A stretch of DNA of 64,000 nucleotides from a virus, in the IMG/VR virus record IMGVR_UViG_3300043392_000054, positions 96,001-160,000 of that record. One strand, given 5' to 3'. The translations under genes were made by a program, and so were the position numbers. Positions 62,976-64,000 of this stretch are shown one piece after another (the stretch's first letter is position 1; each line of letters opens with the position of its first letter). Below the pieces are notes generated by a model. That model had not been told where the DNA came from, did not search any database, and was given only the letters and a program-made list of their open reading frames with translations.

Positions 62976-63560
62976 ATGACAAATAATAAAACTATGACCT
63001 ACTCAGACGACAATATTGGTAATGTAGTGTACGACTATATAGAACAAGTAATTGATGACATAATTAAGAATGATGGTCAACCTCACAGAAAGGTGTTTGA
63101 TGAAACGCTTCAGTTATTCATATTTAATAGAGTTGACTATCTACAGTTTGTATTTAGGGATTTAAGGGTGAGTACTCATAATCCAATTCATTATTTGCAT
63201 GTTAAACCTATGCTATTTACTTTTAGCGAGAACCCAGGGTTACACACTCTCGAAACAGAAGTTATTAGCACAGCTTACGATAATCCACAGTTATATCTAG
63301 ACATAGATATTGAACGAAGCGATGTTCGACGAGTAAAGAAAATGGTTGCCACTGGATGGGGAGGATTTGGATATGGTAGAACGGTAGATGAATATACTGA
63401 AGTGGAAACAGTAGAAGGAGGTAATGTATTAAATCCCGAAGGTGTAAAAAGAAAGGCTCTTCTAGAATTAAAGAAACATGTTATGCCTGAGTTAGGAGCA
63501 TACCTAAACAGAACCACAATTTTTATTAACTCAACTGGTTTTCGGCCAAAGAATTTATAA
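62976..63560 (+). CDS. hypothetical protein
   Basis: 194-aa ORF. Confidence 0.6.
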   Translation: MTNNKTMTYSDDNIGNVVYDYIEQVIDDIIKNDGQPHRKVFDETLQLFIFNRVDYLQFVFRDLRVSTHNPIHYLHVKPMLFTFSENPGLHTLETEVISTAYDNPQLYLDIDIERSDVRRVKKMVATGWGGFGYGRTVDEYTEVETVEGGNVLNPEGVKRKALLELKKHVMPELGAYLNRTTIFINSTGFRPKNL

Positions 63561-63932
63561 ATGATGGAAAAAGAATTTGTTACTTATGAGCAAGCTGCAG
63601 CCTTAAGAGATTTAGGATTTAATGAGACGTGTTTGGGTTGTTATATTTATGAAGTTGAAACATTAACTTGGAAGTTAAATTATGCAATGTATGACAACGA
63701 TATTAGATGGGTTATAGCTGCCCCACTTAAACAACAAACATTCAAGTGGTTTCGGGAGAAGTATGATGTAGACTTTTACATTACTCGTAGCTTACCAAAT
63801 GTAATAAGTAAAGATATTTATCACATTGTATTGAATGATATATGGATTCCTAATGATTCTCATAGAAATTATGAAGATGCAGAAAATAGGTTAATTGATA
63901 ATTTGATAGAACTAGCTAAACAGAAAAAATAA
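63561..63932 (+). CDS. hypothetical protein (paralog of 50105..50485)
   Basis: Shared motifs along the whole length. Confidence 0.7.
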   Translation: MMEKEFVTYEQAAALRDLGFNETCLGCYIYEVETLTWKLNYAMYDNDIRWVIAAPLKQQTFKWFREKYDVDFYITRSLPNVISKDIYHIVLNDIWIPNDSHRNYEDAENRLIDNLIELAKQKK

Positions 63933-64000
63933 TGAAAGCAGAAATAGAAATATACAGCACAGAAATAATTTATCGAGTAGGTTATGAAGATGCTGACTAT
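63932..64000 (+). CDS. hypothetical protein, truncated by window end
   Basis: ATG overlapping the previous stop; open to the end. Confidence 0.45.
   Translation, partial: MKAEIEIYSTEIIYRVGYEDADY

Noticed and set aside
673-63517. Short minus-strand or nested ORFs inside larger + strand genes (e.g. 673, 1690, 3989, 8521, 28470, 44135, 45173, 57637, 62560, 63275)
   Set aside because: Antisense or alternate-frame shadows of well-supported genes with no motifs.
1-64000. Stop-codon reassignment
   Set aside because: Genes read cleanly in code 11, TAG/TGA end genes at operon junctions, and no canonical suppressor anticodon was found.

Overview
This AT-rich window has about 100 densely packed genes, all but one on the + strand. 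It looks like part of a jumbo bacteriophage infecting a Bacteroidota (Flavobacteriales-like) host. Support: at least 17 TAnnTTT(G/A) promoter elements, A-rich starts without Shine-Dalgarno sites, an ECF sigma factor, glycine-rich tail-fibre-like genes, a GH24 lysozyme and many short hypothetical ORFs. Recognisable modules are an NAD+ pair (PRS-like + NAMPT-like, NARP1-type) whose NAMPT start has been invaded by a GIY-YIG homing endonuclease, an RNA-repair set (two RNA ligases, a kinase, three HAD proteins, metallophosphoesterases, a 2H phosphoesterase, a DUF2828/TROVE-like vWA protein), glycan-modifying genes (GTs, Glf, methyltransferases, SGNH proteins, carbamoyltransferase), ThyA, Gmk, SerRS and an M42 peptidase. 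The most unusual part is the RNA region at 46.6-57.5 kb. It holds 25 of the 27 tRNAs (five with CAT anticodons) interleaved with about 11 tRNA-shelled RNAs: intact acceptor stem, D and T arms, but the anticodon/variable region replaced by unrelated structured inserts. It also holds one circularly permuted YrlA-like element and about 10 other orphan structured RNAs, and carries boxA-like elements. All RNA folds were read by eye and protein families recognised from motifs; no database search was run.
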